DNA of 64,000 nt from Thermodesulfobacteriota bacterium (GTDB taxonomy: Bacteria; Desulfobacterota; Desulfobacteria; Desulfobacterales; SURF-7). The translations under genes and the position numbers were made by a program. The stretch spans positions 352,001 through 416,000 of the forward strand of contig JBMORA010000009.1 in NCBI GenBank assembly GCA_049320885.1, in the 5' to 3' direction. Below are positions 29,358 through 37,905 of this stretch, piece after piece; within the stretch, counting starts at the first letter, position 1; every line of letters starts with the position of its first letter. Below the pieces are notes generated by a model. The model did no database searches. It saw only the letters and a list, made by a program, of their open reading frames with translations, and was not told the origin of the DNA.

Positions 29358-29858
29358 CTAACCGGATAACAAAAAAGTTCCGTCATAGCCGGCATAATCT
29401 TCAATGGTTTTCCGATGAATTGGAACGAGGGCCGCCGGCAGTCGTTCCAGCGGGAAAAAGCGTACATCCGAGCCTTCCCGACCATCGGCGCGGGGTCGGC
29501 CCGTCCATTCACTGACGATGAAGGCCAGGGCAAAACACTGGACTTCGTCTCCGTTTGGGTAAGTTATCTGCTGGTTGGGACCGGAATACAACCCCATGGG
29601 ATGCGCGGTGACTACCGTCAGTCCGGTTTCTTCTAAAACTTCCCGCTCCAGCGCATCGTAGACGGTTTCATTCAGTTCCACCGCCCCGCCGGGAAGGCCC
29701 CACAACGATGAGTCCGTACGGCGCTGAAGCAGAATTTCTGATGGTTGATTCACGATCACCGCCCTTACGCCGGGGACGAAAATGCGCTGAGCGCCGACCA
29801 TGGATCGAATTGTTTGAACGTAACTGGACATGTGGTCATCACGATTATGTTGTTTCAT
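29358..29858 (-). CDS. NUDIX hydrolase
   Basis: PGGAVELNET..DALEREVLEETG Nudix box. Confidence 0.9.
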   Translation of the reverse strand: MKQHNRDDHMSSYVQTIRSMVGAQRIFVPGVRAVIVNQPSEILLQRRTDSSLWGLPGGAVELNETVYDALEREVLEETGLTVVTAHPMGLYSGPNQQITYPNGDEVQCFALAFIVSEWTGRPRADGREGSDVRFFPLERLPAALVPIHRKTIEDYAGYDGTFLLSG

Positions 29859-30804
29859 TCACCGGGTCCGGATCATTATCTTTATGGCTGGCCGTATAAT
29901 AAACGTTCGATTTTTTGTAAACTGAAAATACGAGTCCTGCCTGCATCAGTTTGCCGATATATTTCGCGGTCTCATTGCGGTGCAGATCGAATGCCTCCAG
30001 AATTTGTTCCATGGTGCAGGGTCTGCGCTGCAGCATGGACAAAATACCCGCTTCTTTCGCTTGAGCGGTTTTATGGTGATCCGATCGGAATTCAGCTATG
30101 ATTTCAGCAGGCGGGTCAAACAGGGGCAATAGCGCCTTCAGATGATTGTGGGGTACGGCCACCGCGAAGTTTTCCGCCGGCGGCCGCGAGACGGTATTCA
30201 GCTGAATACGATCGGGTTTGATTTTTTGGATATGTGCCGCGATTTGAGCAACAGAATCGGGAGTCGAATTCATCCCTTCCAGCAAAAAAACCTCCACCCA
30301 TAAACTCCCTTTAAACTGACAGCGAAAACGGATTTGTCCATCCACCATCCGGCTGAACTGGAGCGCCGCATGCGGGCGGTTGATGTTTATAAAAGAAGCC
30401 TGGTCCCAGGCGCTTAATGAGATTTTAACGATATCGGCAAGCGCTGCCGATTCCCGCACGGAAGAAGAATCCAGGGTCGATCCATTGGTCAGCAACACCG
30501 AAGGGATTTTCGTTTTTCTTTGTAAAAACTCAAGAACGCGGCCGAAGCCCGTATGAAGCGTCGGTTCACCCGAACCGGAAAGCGTTACATAGTCCGCATT
30601 ACCTTCTGTTTGCAGCCAGGACCCTATTTCGTCCAGCACGTTGTCAATGGGAACATATTCTTTGCGTATGATCGTTTGCTGCCGGGTTCGGCCGAGCTGG
30701 CAGAAAACGCAGTTGAAGCTGCACGTTTTGAACGGCGTCAGATCAACGCCCAATGACCGCCCGAGCCGGCGGGACGGCACGGGTCCGAATAAATAGTGAT
30801 TCAT
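29845..30804 (-). CDS. radical SAM protein
   Basis: FGPVPSRRLG.SLG, CSFNCVFC, SGEPTL. Confidence 0.92.
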   Translation of the reverse strand: MNHYLFGPVPSRRLGRSLGVDLTPFKTCSFNCVFCQLGRTRQQTIIRKEYVPIDNVLDEIGSWLQTEGNADYVTLSGSGEPTLHTGFGRVLEFLQRKTKIPSVLLTNGSTLDSSSVRESAALADIVKISLSAWDQASFININRPHAALQFSRMVDGQIRFRCQFKGSLWVEVFLLEGMNSTPDSVAQIAAHIQKIKPDRIQLNTVSRPPAENFAVAVPHNHLKALLPLFDPPAEIIAEFRSDHHKTAQAKEAGILSMLQRRPCTMEQILEAFDLHRNETAKYIGKLMQAGLVFSVYKKSNVYYTASHKDNDPDPVNETT

Positions 30805-31193
30805 TAGAGGGTTTCTTTTGCTTTGATTTCAGGTTGGTATCCATTGGGCAGATGGGCGGTTCCCTTGACACACGGCAGACCGGTTTCCGCATGAACCCGG
30901 TCCATGATGTCGTCCAGGTGGTCGCAGAAGCCGTCGCCGTTCTGCCAGCCCGTATCTGTTTTGCGGGCAAAGGCGCAGGTACAGAAATGAATGGCCTCGG
31001 CCCCCTTGGATTTAAGTATTTTGGCGAGATTGACGGCGTTGTCGCCCGGACATCTGCAGGTAAACACCCCGGCCGGGGAGCAGGACTCGTATTCGGCAAA
31101 GCCTTCCTTGGCGGACAGCATGCTCGTCAGACAACTGGTCAACGGACACCGGTCTTGGTTTTTCTCACAACGGATGATGGCGACTTTGGTCAT
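30804..31193 (-). CDS. CGGC-domain small metal-binding protein
   Basis: KVAIIRC...C...C, CRCPG, IH..TC...C.H, GT. Confidence 0.75.
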   Translation of the reverse strand: MTKVAIIRCEKNQDRCPLTSCLTSMLSAKEGFAEYESCSPAGVFTCRCPGDNAVNLAKILKSKGAEAIHFCTCAFARKTDTGWQNGDGFCDHLDDIMDRVHAETGLPCVKGTAHLPNGYQPEIKAKETL

Positions 31194-31233
31194 GTTCCCC
31201 TCCAAACAGATTGGTTTTCAGAATTCTCAAACA

Positions 31234-31671
31234 TCAGCCCGCCTGCTTTCCGCGGCTCATATACTGGTGCAGGGCTTCCTGGAGAGTCGCGGCGGCGAGT
31301 TCGGTGCAATGATGATCTTCTTTCGGCAGTCGGCCGATGGCCTGTAAGATTGCTTCGCCGGTAATATCGGCAAGTTCGTCCGGATTTTTACCCATGGCCA
31401 ATTCCGCCGCAAAGGAGCCGCTCAGGCTGCTGGACGCGCAGCCATCGGTGAAATAAGAGGCCCGGGACACGCAACCGTTATTGAATTGGAGATAGATTTC
31501 AATCGTGTCGCCGCATTTCCCGGTGATGCGGGCGTGGGCGTCCGGCTGCTCCATTCTGCCATGGTAGCGGGGGTTGCGCCAGCGCTGGAATCCTTTTTCG
31601 CCATAAGCGGATTTGGCTTCTTCAAAGATTTCCGCCTGGAGGTTGTTTACAAAATCATCAAAATTGTCCAC
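31234..31671 (-). CDS. NifU/IscU-like scaffold protein
   Basis: CGD, DGC, HC motifs (three Cys). Confidence 0.85.
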   Translation of the reverse strand: MDNFDDFVNNLQAEIFEEAKSAYGEKGFQRWRNPRYHGRMEQPDAHARITGKCGDTIEIYLQFNNGCVSRASYFTDGCASSSLSGSFAAELAMGKNPDELADITGEAILQAIGRLPKEDHHCTELAAATLQEALHQYMSRGKQAG

Positions 31672-31765
31672 GGGGCCCTGCTTTCGTGCGGATGGTCACA
31701 CCCAGTTCCGGCTATTTTGAAAAGCCCTTTTTGCAATAGTGCCGGCTTTGTCTCACTGTCACAAC

Positions 31766-31781
31766 AGCAAAGGATATGCCA
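31766..31781 (-). promoter_or_regulatory. sigma54 promoter for the nifU-like operon
   Basis: Minus strand TGGCATATCCTTTGCT, GG-N10-GC; AT-rich tract upstream. Confidence 0.7.
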
Positions 31782-32213
31782 TGCTGGCAAGGGAACAGAG
31801 ACTATTGTTTTGACAATGAATAAAATAAATTACATCCGCAGAGGATATGCCCCGGATGTTTTACGATGATGGACAGAAGCGGAATTGCGCCTCATGCATG
31901 TCAGATCTGCGACTCGAAGAGACTGCAGCAGTCAAAGCGGAAGAAAAATCGCTGGGAAATAGCTCCTTCTCCGCAGATCGATGGATGGAGGCATCGAATA
32001 ATCCCGGGGAGTGGCGCTACTTTCAGCATGGTGACGGCGGGTGGCGCTATGGTTGCAAGCCTGAAACCGTGACTTCGCATCGGAATGATTTCTCTTGACC
32101 AAACGCAGAAAAAAACAGATGAATCACTTTATCGCGCATGAGCCTATTTTATTGACATATTGTCGGCCATCGGCAGATGGATTCTGATTGACGGCAGTTG
32201 CCCGAAGCCGACA

Positions 32214-32229
32214 TGGCATTTAACTTGCT
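32214..32229 (+). promoter_or_regulatory. sigma54 promoter
   Basis: TGGCATTTAACTTGCT, near-consensus. Confidence 0.75.
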
Positions 32230-32239
32230 TTTATTAAAA

Positions 32240-32328
32240 CGGTAAGGAGCGAAGCTTGGCGAACTCCCTCCACTCAATACCTCCCTAAAAACAAGCCGGA
32301 CCGGTAAAGACGGTTCGGCTTGTTTTTT
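32240..32328 (+). ncRNA. candidate sigma54-dependent small RNA (or leader) with anti-SD tracts
   Basis: Bounded by a sigma54 promoter and a strong terminator; contains CTCCCTCC and CCTCCCT. Confidence 0.55.
32287..32328. terminator. intrinsic terminator, likely bidirectional
   Basis: AAAAACAAGCCGGACCG-GTAAAGA-CGGTTCGGCTTGTTTTTT. Confidence 0.85.
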
Positions 32329-32404
32329 ATGGCTTGCAGGCGGACGGTGCGGCATGCGACGCCGGCGGTAATTCTCAACCAATGCGGCATGACTGAAGTG
32401 ATCC

Positions 32405-33616
32405 ATGGAAACAGAACTTCGAGAACTCAGGGATTCCAATGAATTCTTGAACATCCTGCTGGACAATATCAATTCCGCGGTGATGATCGCGGATGAGAAC
32501 CTGCGTATTTTCCGGGTGAACCGGTCGTTTCTGGGCCTGTTCGATGGAACGGCGGACCAGACCGTGGGCAAGACCTATGGCCAGGCCATGGGCTGCATCC
32601 ATACCCATCGCGAAGGGCGGGCCTGCGGTGAAACATCGCATTGCGAGACCTGTCTGGTACGCAATTCCCTCATCAAGGCGGCCATGGAAAACATTCCGGC
32701 GGACAGGGTGCGAATTGAAAAAACCTTCATCATCAACGGCAGGCAGCAGATCAAGATATTCGAATTCACCACCCGCCGTATCCATTACCAGGATCGCAAC
32801 ATGATTTTGATGATGTTTTATGACATCACCGAAATCGAGCGGCAACGCCTGGAACTGATCGCCAAGCAGCGTCAACTGGATTCGGATCTGGAGGCCGCCG
32901 CGGGTATTCAGAGAAGCCTCCTGCCTGTTCGGCTGCCAAAGCTCGCCCATTTTGATTTTGCCTGGTGTTTCGAGCCCTGCAAAAGCATCGGCGGGGATAT
33001 TTTCAATGTGATGTTCCTGAGTGAAACCCGGGTGGCGGTTTTCATGATCGATGTCTGCGGCCACGGCGTTTCCGCGGCCCTGGTGGCGGTGGCGGTTTCC
33101 CAGTTTTTCCAGAACCGGAATCCCTTCATCGCCAACCGCATGGGAGTCATCCCGCCCGACCAGGTGCTGAACCGGCTGAACCGGACGTTCCCCTTTTCCC
33201 GCTTCGACACCTTTTTCACGATTGTCTATCTCGTTATCAACCTGACCGAAGCATCCGTGGAATACAGTTGCGCCGGTCATCCGCCGCCGATCCTGCTCCG
33301 GCAAGACGGTGACATGACGCCCCTGGCCGCTAAAGGACCGGTGATCGGCAGCGATGTGGCCATTTCCTATCCCAGGGAAAAAATATGGCTCAACCCCGGT
33401 GAGAAACTGATCCTGTATACGGACGGGATTCTCGAAAACCAGGATGCGGAAGGCCGGCTGTTCGGTCAGAAACGGTTTCAGGAAGCCCTGGCGCAACGGA
33501 GCTCCGAGGGCATCCAGCGGATGGTGGACGGGGTTTACCAGGCGGCAAAACAATTCAGCCTGGACAAAGGTTTCGAGGACGACGTCAGCCTGCTGGGAAT
33601 CGCTTACAACCCTTGA
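32405..33616 (+). CDS. Cys-rich PAS + SpoIIE/PP2C phosphatase
   Basis: PAS-like N-terminus; IQRSLLP, GGD, DVCGHG, AGHP, YTDG, DDVS. Confidence 0.9.
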   Translation: METELRELRDSNEFLNILLDNINSAVMIADENLRIFRVNRSFLGLFDGTADQTVGKTYGQAMGCIHTHREGRACGETSHCETCLVRNSLIKAAMENIPADRVRIEKTFIINGRQQIKIFEFTTRRIHYQDRNMILMMFYDITEIERQRLELIAKQRQLDSDLEAAAGIQRSLLPVRLPKLAHFDFAWCFEPCKSIGGDIFNVMFLSETRVAVFMIDVCGHGVSAALVAVAVSQFFQNRNPFIANRMGVIPPDQVLNRLNRTFPFSRFDTFFTIVYLVINLTEASVEYSCAGHPPPILLRQDGDMTPLAAKGPVIGSDVAISYPREKIWLNPGEKLILYTDGILENQDAEGRLFGQKRFQEALAQRSSEGIQRMVDGVYQAAKQFSLDKGFEDDVSLLGIAYNP

Positions 33617-33638
33617 TGGGGCTGTAAGCGACGAAGCC

Positions 33639-35765
33639 CTATTTTTTGTCTCCGGCATATCCCATGGGCAATTTCGTAAAACGACCGCCGTGGACGATGG
33701 GGTCGCCTTTATAGCCCAAGGCCTTGAAATCGATGTAATCCGTTGATCCGATCAGATGGCCGACATCCCGTCCTTTTTCAGCCATATAGCTGAAATCGGT
33801 TCCTTTGTGGGCGATTTCCCGGAAATTCACATTGCGGTTGTCCTGGTGGCAGCGGTTGCAGGTCCGGCCTTCCTCTTTCAGGCTGCCGTGGCACTGGGAA
33901 CAGGACAGGGCCATGCCGGCCGGCATTACTTCGTGGTTGACACTCCAGAACATCCGGGTTTTGATCCACTGAACCGAACCGCTGTAAGGCAATCCCACGG
34001 TTTTCATCCCATCGGTAAAGGCTTTCTGCCAATCCCGGTTTTTCCAGTAGGCCGTGGTGTCATCCGCGTTGCGGGGAAACAGGTGGGGCACCAGCAAATA
34101 GGTATGAACGGCATCGGCTGCCTGAATCCCGTCCATCAGCTTGAAGGGAGCGATTCTGGAGCCGGGGTCCGTGATGGCGCCCACCGGCTCCGTCAGATGG
34201 ATTACCGGGGACGTCAGGTCGAGTTTGTCGCCGATGAGCACCCGTTTGGTGAACCCGCCGAACCAGCGGTAGGTGGGTTTGGCCGATTCCTTCCATTGGA
34301 ATTCGCCTTTCATCCAGTTGTAGTCCGGCATGCCGTATTTGTCGTTTTTCGGCTGCCGCTGCATATCGCCGGCCCGGGACCAGTCCCAATACACTTTGGT
34401 CGGCTTGCACTTGGCATATAACGGCGAATGGCAGGTGTTGCAGTCGATGTGCCGGCAGTGGTTGTTTAAATGATGATCCAGCAGGCTATTGGCGTAATGC
34501 GGCTGATCCGAATGGCAGTCGGTGCAATTCAGGGCGCCTTCCGCCGGAGGAGCGGACGAACTTCGGCCGCTGATTTTGTGGTTGCGGGTCTGGTGGCATT
34601 CGCTGCATTGCAAATCGTATCCTCCCATGTGAATATCGCAGCTTCGTTCGGGATGCAGCAACTGGCGGGAAAGATCGGCATGCTTGACGGCTTCATCGCC
34701 GCCGCCGTTGAAATGGCAGACCCCGCAGGACCGGCGGCTGCTGTGGCCGACATTTTCCGCCACGTGTTTCAAATCCACATCCGGCTCCGGCATGCCGGCG
34801 GCCGGCGGCGCTTTTTTATAGGTTCCGGTGGTGTCGTGACAGACCAGGCAGTCGATCCGGCTTTTGTCCGAAAAATCAAAGGTATTGTCTTTCCAGCCGT
34901 ATCCGGCGTGGCAGGAGGTGCAGCGGGGTTCGTTGCTCGGCGTGGCGATGCAGAAATTGTTGATGGCGGTGGTGGCCTTGCCGTGTTGTACTTCCTTGCG
35001 ATGCTCCATGGTGTAGGGGGAATGACCTTTCCACAGCCAGTGCACGCTGGAAAGCATGTCCTCCCCGGCCTGCTCGTGGCAGCGCAGGCATTCCCGGGTT
35101 ACTTCCGTGGGTTCGGGTTTTGCGGGCAATTGCACGAGATGTTGATGATCCGGGACATTTTTGGGGTGACAGCCGGAGCAGTCCGACGGCCCCCGGTTCA
35201 TTTGCCGGTGGCATTGGATGCACTGGATATGGTAGGCCGCCTTCAACCCGATACGTTCCGGGTGGTCGGTGCGGAAGGACTCCTGGTGGCAGGCCGAACA
35301 TCGGGTGGTTTCCGCCGCCGCCGGATCCGTCGGCCGGTAATGGTGGCACACGGCGCAATCCTTCAACAGATTGGCGTGCTTGGCGTGCATGAAGCGGACC
35401 GGTTCATAATGGTTTTCCCGCTTGTTGATGATGGGGCTGTCCAGCAGGACATATTTGTGCGGGATATCGGCCGGGCTCAAGCCTTTGTCCCGGAGTTTCT
35501 GCTGCCGGCAAAGCTGGCATTCGTCGATCACGGTATCCACAAAGGGTACTGTCTCCCATGCCCGTTCTTTGGCTGCTTCCTGGTCCGGGGCTTTCCAGGC
35601 CGTTTCCGGCGGCAAGGCCTTGCCGGAAGGGTGCGGCGCGGGTTTTCCGGCCGGCGTTTCCGTTACATCCGCCGATGTCCGGTCGGCATGCATTCCGATC
35701 CACAGCAAGCCGGTTATGAGGGCGAATCCCATGCAGAGGCCGAATTTTATCAATGGATGTTTCAT
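33639..35765 (-). CDS. multiheme cytochrome: tetraheme c3-like domain fused to an octaheme tetrathionate-reductase-like domain
   Basis: 13 CxxCH motifs; H.H W.W, NNFC, CTSCHAGYGW, IDCLVCH, WDWS.AG OTR signatures; N-terminal signal/anchor. Confidence 0.88.
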   Translation of the reverse strand: MKHPLIKFGLCMGFALITGLLWIGMHADRTSADVTETPAGKPAPHPSGKALPPETAWKAPDQEAAKERAWETVPFVDTVIDECQLCRQQKLRDKGLSPADIPHKYVLLDSPIINKRENHYEPVRFMHAKHANLLKDCAVCHHYRPTDPAAAETTRCSACHQESFRTDHPERIGLKAAYHIQCIQCHRQMNRGPSDCSGCHPKNVPDHQHLVQLPAKPEPTEVTRECLRCHEQAGEDMLSSVHWLWKGHSPYTMEHRKEVQHGKATTAINNFCIATPSNEPRCTSCHAGYGWKDNTFDFSDKSRIDCLVCHDTTGTYKKAPPAAGMPEPDVDLKHVAENVGHSSRRSCGVCHFNGGGDEAVKHADLSRQLLHPERSCDIHMGGYDLQCSECHQTRNHKISGRSSSAPPAEGALNCTDCHSDQPHYANSLLDHHLNNHCRHIDCNTCHSPLYAKCKPTKVYWDWSRAGDMQRQPKNDKYGMPDYNWMKGEFQWKESAKPTYRWFGGFTKRVLIGDKLDLTSPVIHLTEPVGAITDPGSRIAPFKLMDGIQAADAVHTYLLVPHLFPRNADDTTAYWKNRDWQKAFTDGMKTVGLPYSGSVQWIKTRMFWSVNHEVMPAGMALSCSQCHGSLKEEGRTCNRCHQDNRNVNFREIAHKGTDFSYMAEKGRDVGHLIGSTDYIDFKALGYKGDPIVHGGRFTKLPMGYAGDKK

Positions 35766-36967
35766 GACGACACCTCCGCCCGTTTGGCGCTGATGATCGG
35801 CAGATGCGTGATCAGCAGGCGATAGAGCAGCATCAGGCCGGCAATCAGACCGGCGGTGGTGAGAAGTTCGCCGATGGCCGGGAAATAAGCGGATGCGCTC
35901 ACCGGCGGCCGGTAACCGACCACGAACACGTTGATCCGGTTCAGCATGACACCGGCGACAATCAACGTGGAGGCGGTGAAAAGCAATCTCCGGGATCGCC
36001 GCGCCTTTTCGGAAAGCAGCATGAACCAGGGCAGCAGGACGCCGAACAGGAGTTCCACCAGGAATGAATTGGTTTGGGCCGTGCCCTCTAACAGATGGAC
36101 ATAGGTTTTCCGGACAACCATGTCGCCGATTTTGAGGGAGGCATACAGCCCCAGCAGAATGATGGTTATCCGGGTCAAGGGCGTCAGAATTTTCATCTCG
36201 CCGTCCAGTTTCAGGGAAGCGGTGGCGATGGTGGTTTCAAAGACCACCATGGGATATCCCACGGTAATGGCCGAAATCAGAAACAACAGGGGCAGGATCG
36301 GCGTATACCACAAGGGGTGCAGCTTGGTGGGTGCCACCAGCATCAGGGAGCCGAGGCTCGACTGGTGCATGCAGGACAACACCACTCCGAGGATGATGAA
36401 GACCCACATGATTTTCCCTAGAATTCTGTCGGCCAGGGCCAGGAGCACTTCGGCAAGGCGGTTCAACGCGGCCAGGGGACCCGGAAGGGAAACCCGGCCT
36501 TTGTATTGCTCCACCACGATGGGCAAAAATTCGATATACAGAACATTCAGATAGAACATCACGCACATGGCCACTTCAAACAGCACCGAATTCGGATTCC
36601 AGTAGATCATGGGTTTCCAGATGGCCCATGACCTTCCGATATCCACCATCAGTCCCAGGACGACGAAAGTATACCCCAGCATGGCGGTCAGCAGGGCCGG
36701 CCGCACCACGGGTTCATAATAATGCCGCCCGGCGATATGGGCCAGAAAGGCGGTGGTGAACCCGCCGGCGGCCAGGGCTACTCCGGAAGCCACATCGATT
36801 CCGATCCAGATTCCCCAAGGTCTGGCGGTGGATAAATTGGTGACATAACCGATGCCGCCGACGAAGCGGGCCAGGATGGCGACTCCGCCCGCGGCCATGA
36901 CGGCGAACAGCGCCAGCACCCCGGGTGTCCAGAATTTCCGTTTCAACGGATATGCCTGATGACTCAT
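35762..36967 (-). CDS. NrfD/HybB-family membrane subunit
   Basis: PWGIWIG.D...[25 protein letters not shown]. Confidence 0.9.
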   Translation of the reverse strand: MSHQAYPLKRKFWTPGVLALFAVMAAGGVAILARFVGGIGYVTNLSTARPWGIWIGIDVASGVALAAGGFTTAFLAHIAGRHYYEPVVRPALLTAMLGYTFVVLGLMVDIGRSWAIWKPMIYWNPNSVLFEVAMCVMFYLNVLYIEFLPIVVEQYKGRVSLPGPLAALNRLAEVLLALADRILGKIMWVFIILGVVLSCMHQSSLGSLMLVAPTKLHPLWYTPILPLLFLISAITVGYPMVVFETTIATASLKLDGEMKILTPLTRITIILLGLYASLKIGDMVVRKTYVHLLEGTAQTNSFLVELLFGVLLPWFMLLSEKARRSRRLLFTASTLIVAGVMLNRINVFVVGYRPPVSASAYFPAIGELLTTAGLIAGLMLLYRLLITHLPIISAKRAEVSS

Positions 36968-37884
36968 TTTGTGTCTCCCCCATGATTGTCGGCGCGGTCC
37001 TGCCGTTCTTTGGAAACCCACATAAAGCCGCCCAGCAGCATATACAAGGCAATGGGCGACCACAAATAGGTGAAAAGGGAATGCTGGATGGTTTCGGACA
37101 AGGTGGGTGTCGGTTTATCCGGAACCCGGATGAACCCGAGTTTTTCAAACGGGATGCCGGAAATATACATCCAGGAAGTCCCGCCGACTTCCTTTTCGCC
37201 GTAAATCGTTTTGATATACTTGGCCGGGTTGTCCTTGATGCGCTTTTTGGCCAGTTCCAGCAGGGAGGCCCGCTTGCCGAAGGTGATGGCCTCCACCGGA
37301 CAAATAGCGGCGCAGCCCGGAAGTCCGCCTTCCTTGGCGATGCGTTCATGGCAGAAGGTGCATTTCATCACCCGGGGGGTGACGGGGTCATGATATTCAT
37401 ACGCCGGTATTTCGAAGGGGCAGGCCACCATGCAATAGCGGCAGCCAATGCATTTGGTTGCGTCATAGGTAACGGAACCGGTTTCCGTCTTCGTCAGCGC
37501 GCCCACGATACAGGCTGAAGCGCAGGCTGGATCCTGGCAGTGCAGGCACTGGATTTTGACGTAGGTCGGAACCAGTTGGTTTTGGGCGTCGACCTGACCG
37601 GGAAAATAGCGATTGACCACGGTGAAGGATTTCTCATCCGGCCGCCGGTTTTTGTTGAGCACCGTCGGGTCCTCAAAGGACTGTTCCGGAGGCGGCAGTT
37701 GATTCACCTGGTTGCAGGCCTGTTCGCATTTCCGGCAACCGATGCAGCGGGTGAGATCCACGAGACAGCCGTAGGCCTCCGGCGGCGCCTTGAGGGACTG
37801 GGATCGGGCGGGCGCCGGTTTTGCCACGATGGCGGCCCCGGCGGCGCCGATCGTTTTCATAAAAAAACGGCGATTGATGTGCAT
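36964..37884 (-). CDS. HybA-like Tat-exported polyferredoxin
   Basis: NRRFF Tat motif; four 4Fe-4S Cys groups; C-terminal TM. Confidence 0.9.
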   Translation of the reverse strand: MHINRRFFMKTIGAAGAAIVAKPAPARSQSLKAPPEAYGCLVDLTRCIGCRKCEQACNQVNQLPPPEQSFEDPTVLNKNRRPDEKSFTVVNRYFPGQVDAQNQLVPTYVKIQCLHCQDPACASACIVGALTKTETGSVTYDATKCIGCRYCMVACPFEIPAYEYHDPVTPRVMKCTFCHERIAKEGGLPGCAAICPVEAITFGKRASLLELAKKRIKDNPAKYIKTIYGEKEVGGTSWMYISGIPFEKLGFIRVPDKPTPTLSETIQHSLFTYLWSPIALYMLLGGFMWVSKERQDRADNHGGDTK

Positions 37885-37905
37885 GGTAAAACTCCTTGGG
37901 TTTCC

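Noticed and set aside
31732..31746. Additional sigma54 site (GGCACTATTGC, minus strand)
   Set aside because: GG-GC spacing is 7, not 10.
31847..32098. Small ORFs in the 31.7-32.4 kb intergenic region
   Set aside because: No motifs and weak starts; the region is better explained as divergent sigma54 control DNA.
32159..32213. CooA-like TGTCGGC sites (similar words near 22120-22165 and 42221-42240)
   Set aside because: Half-sites are not properly paired and such words are common at this GC content.
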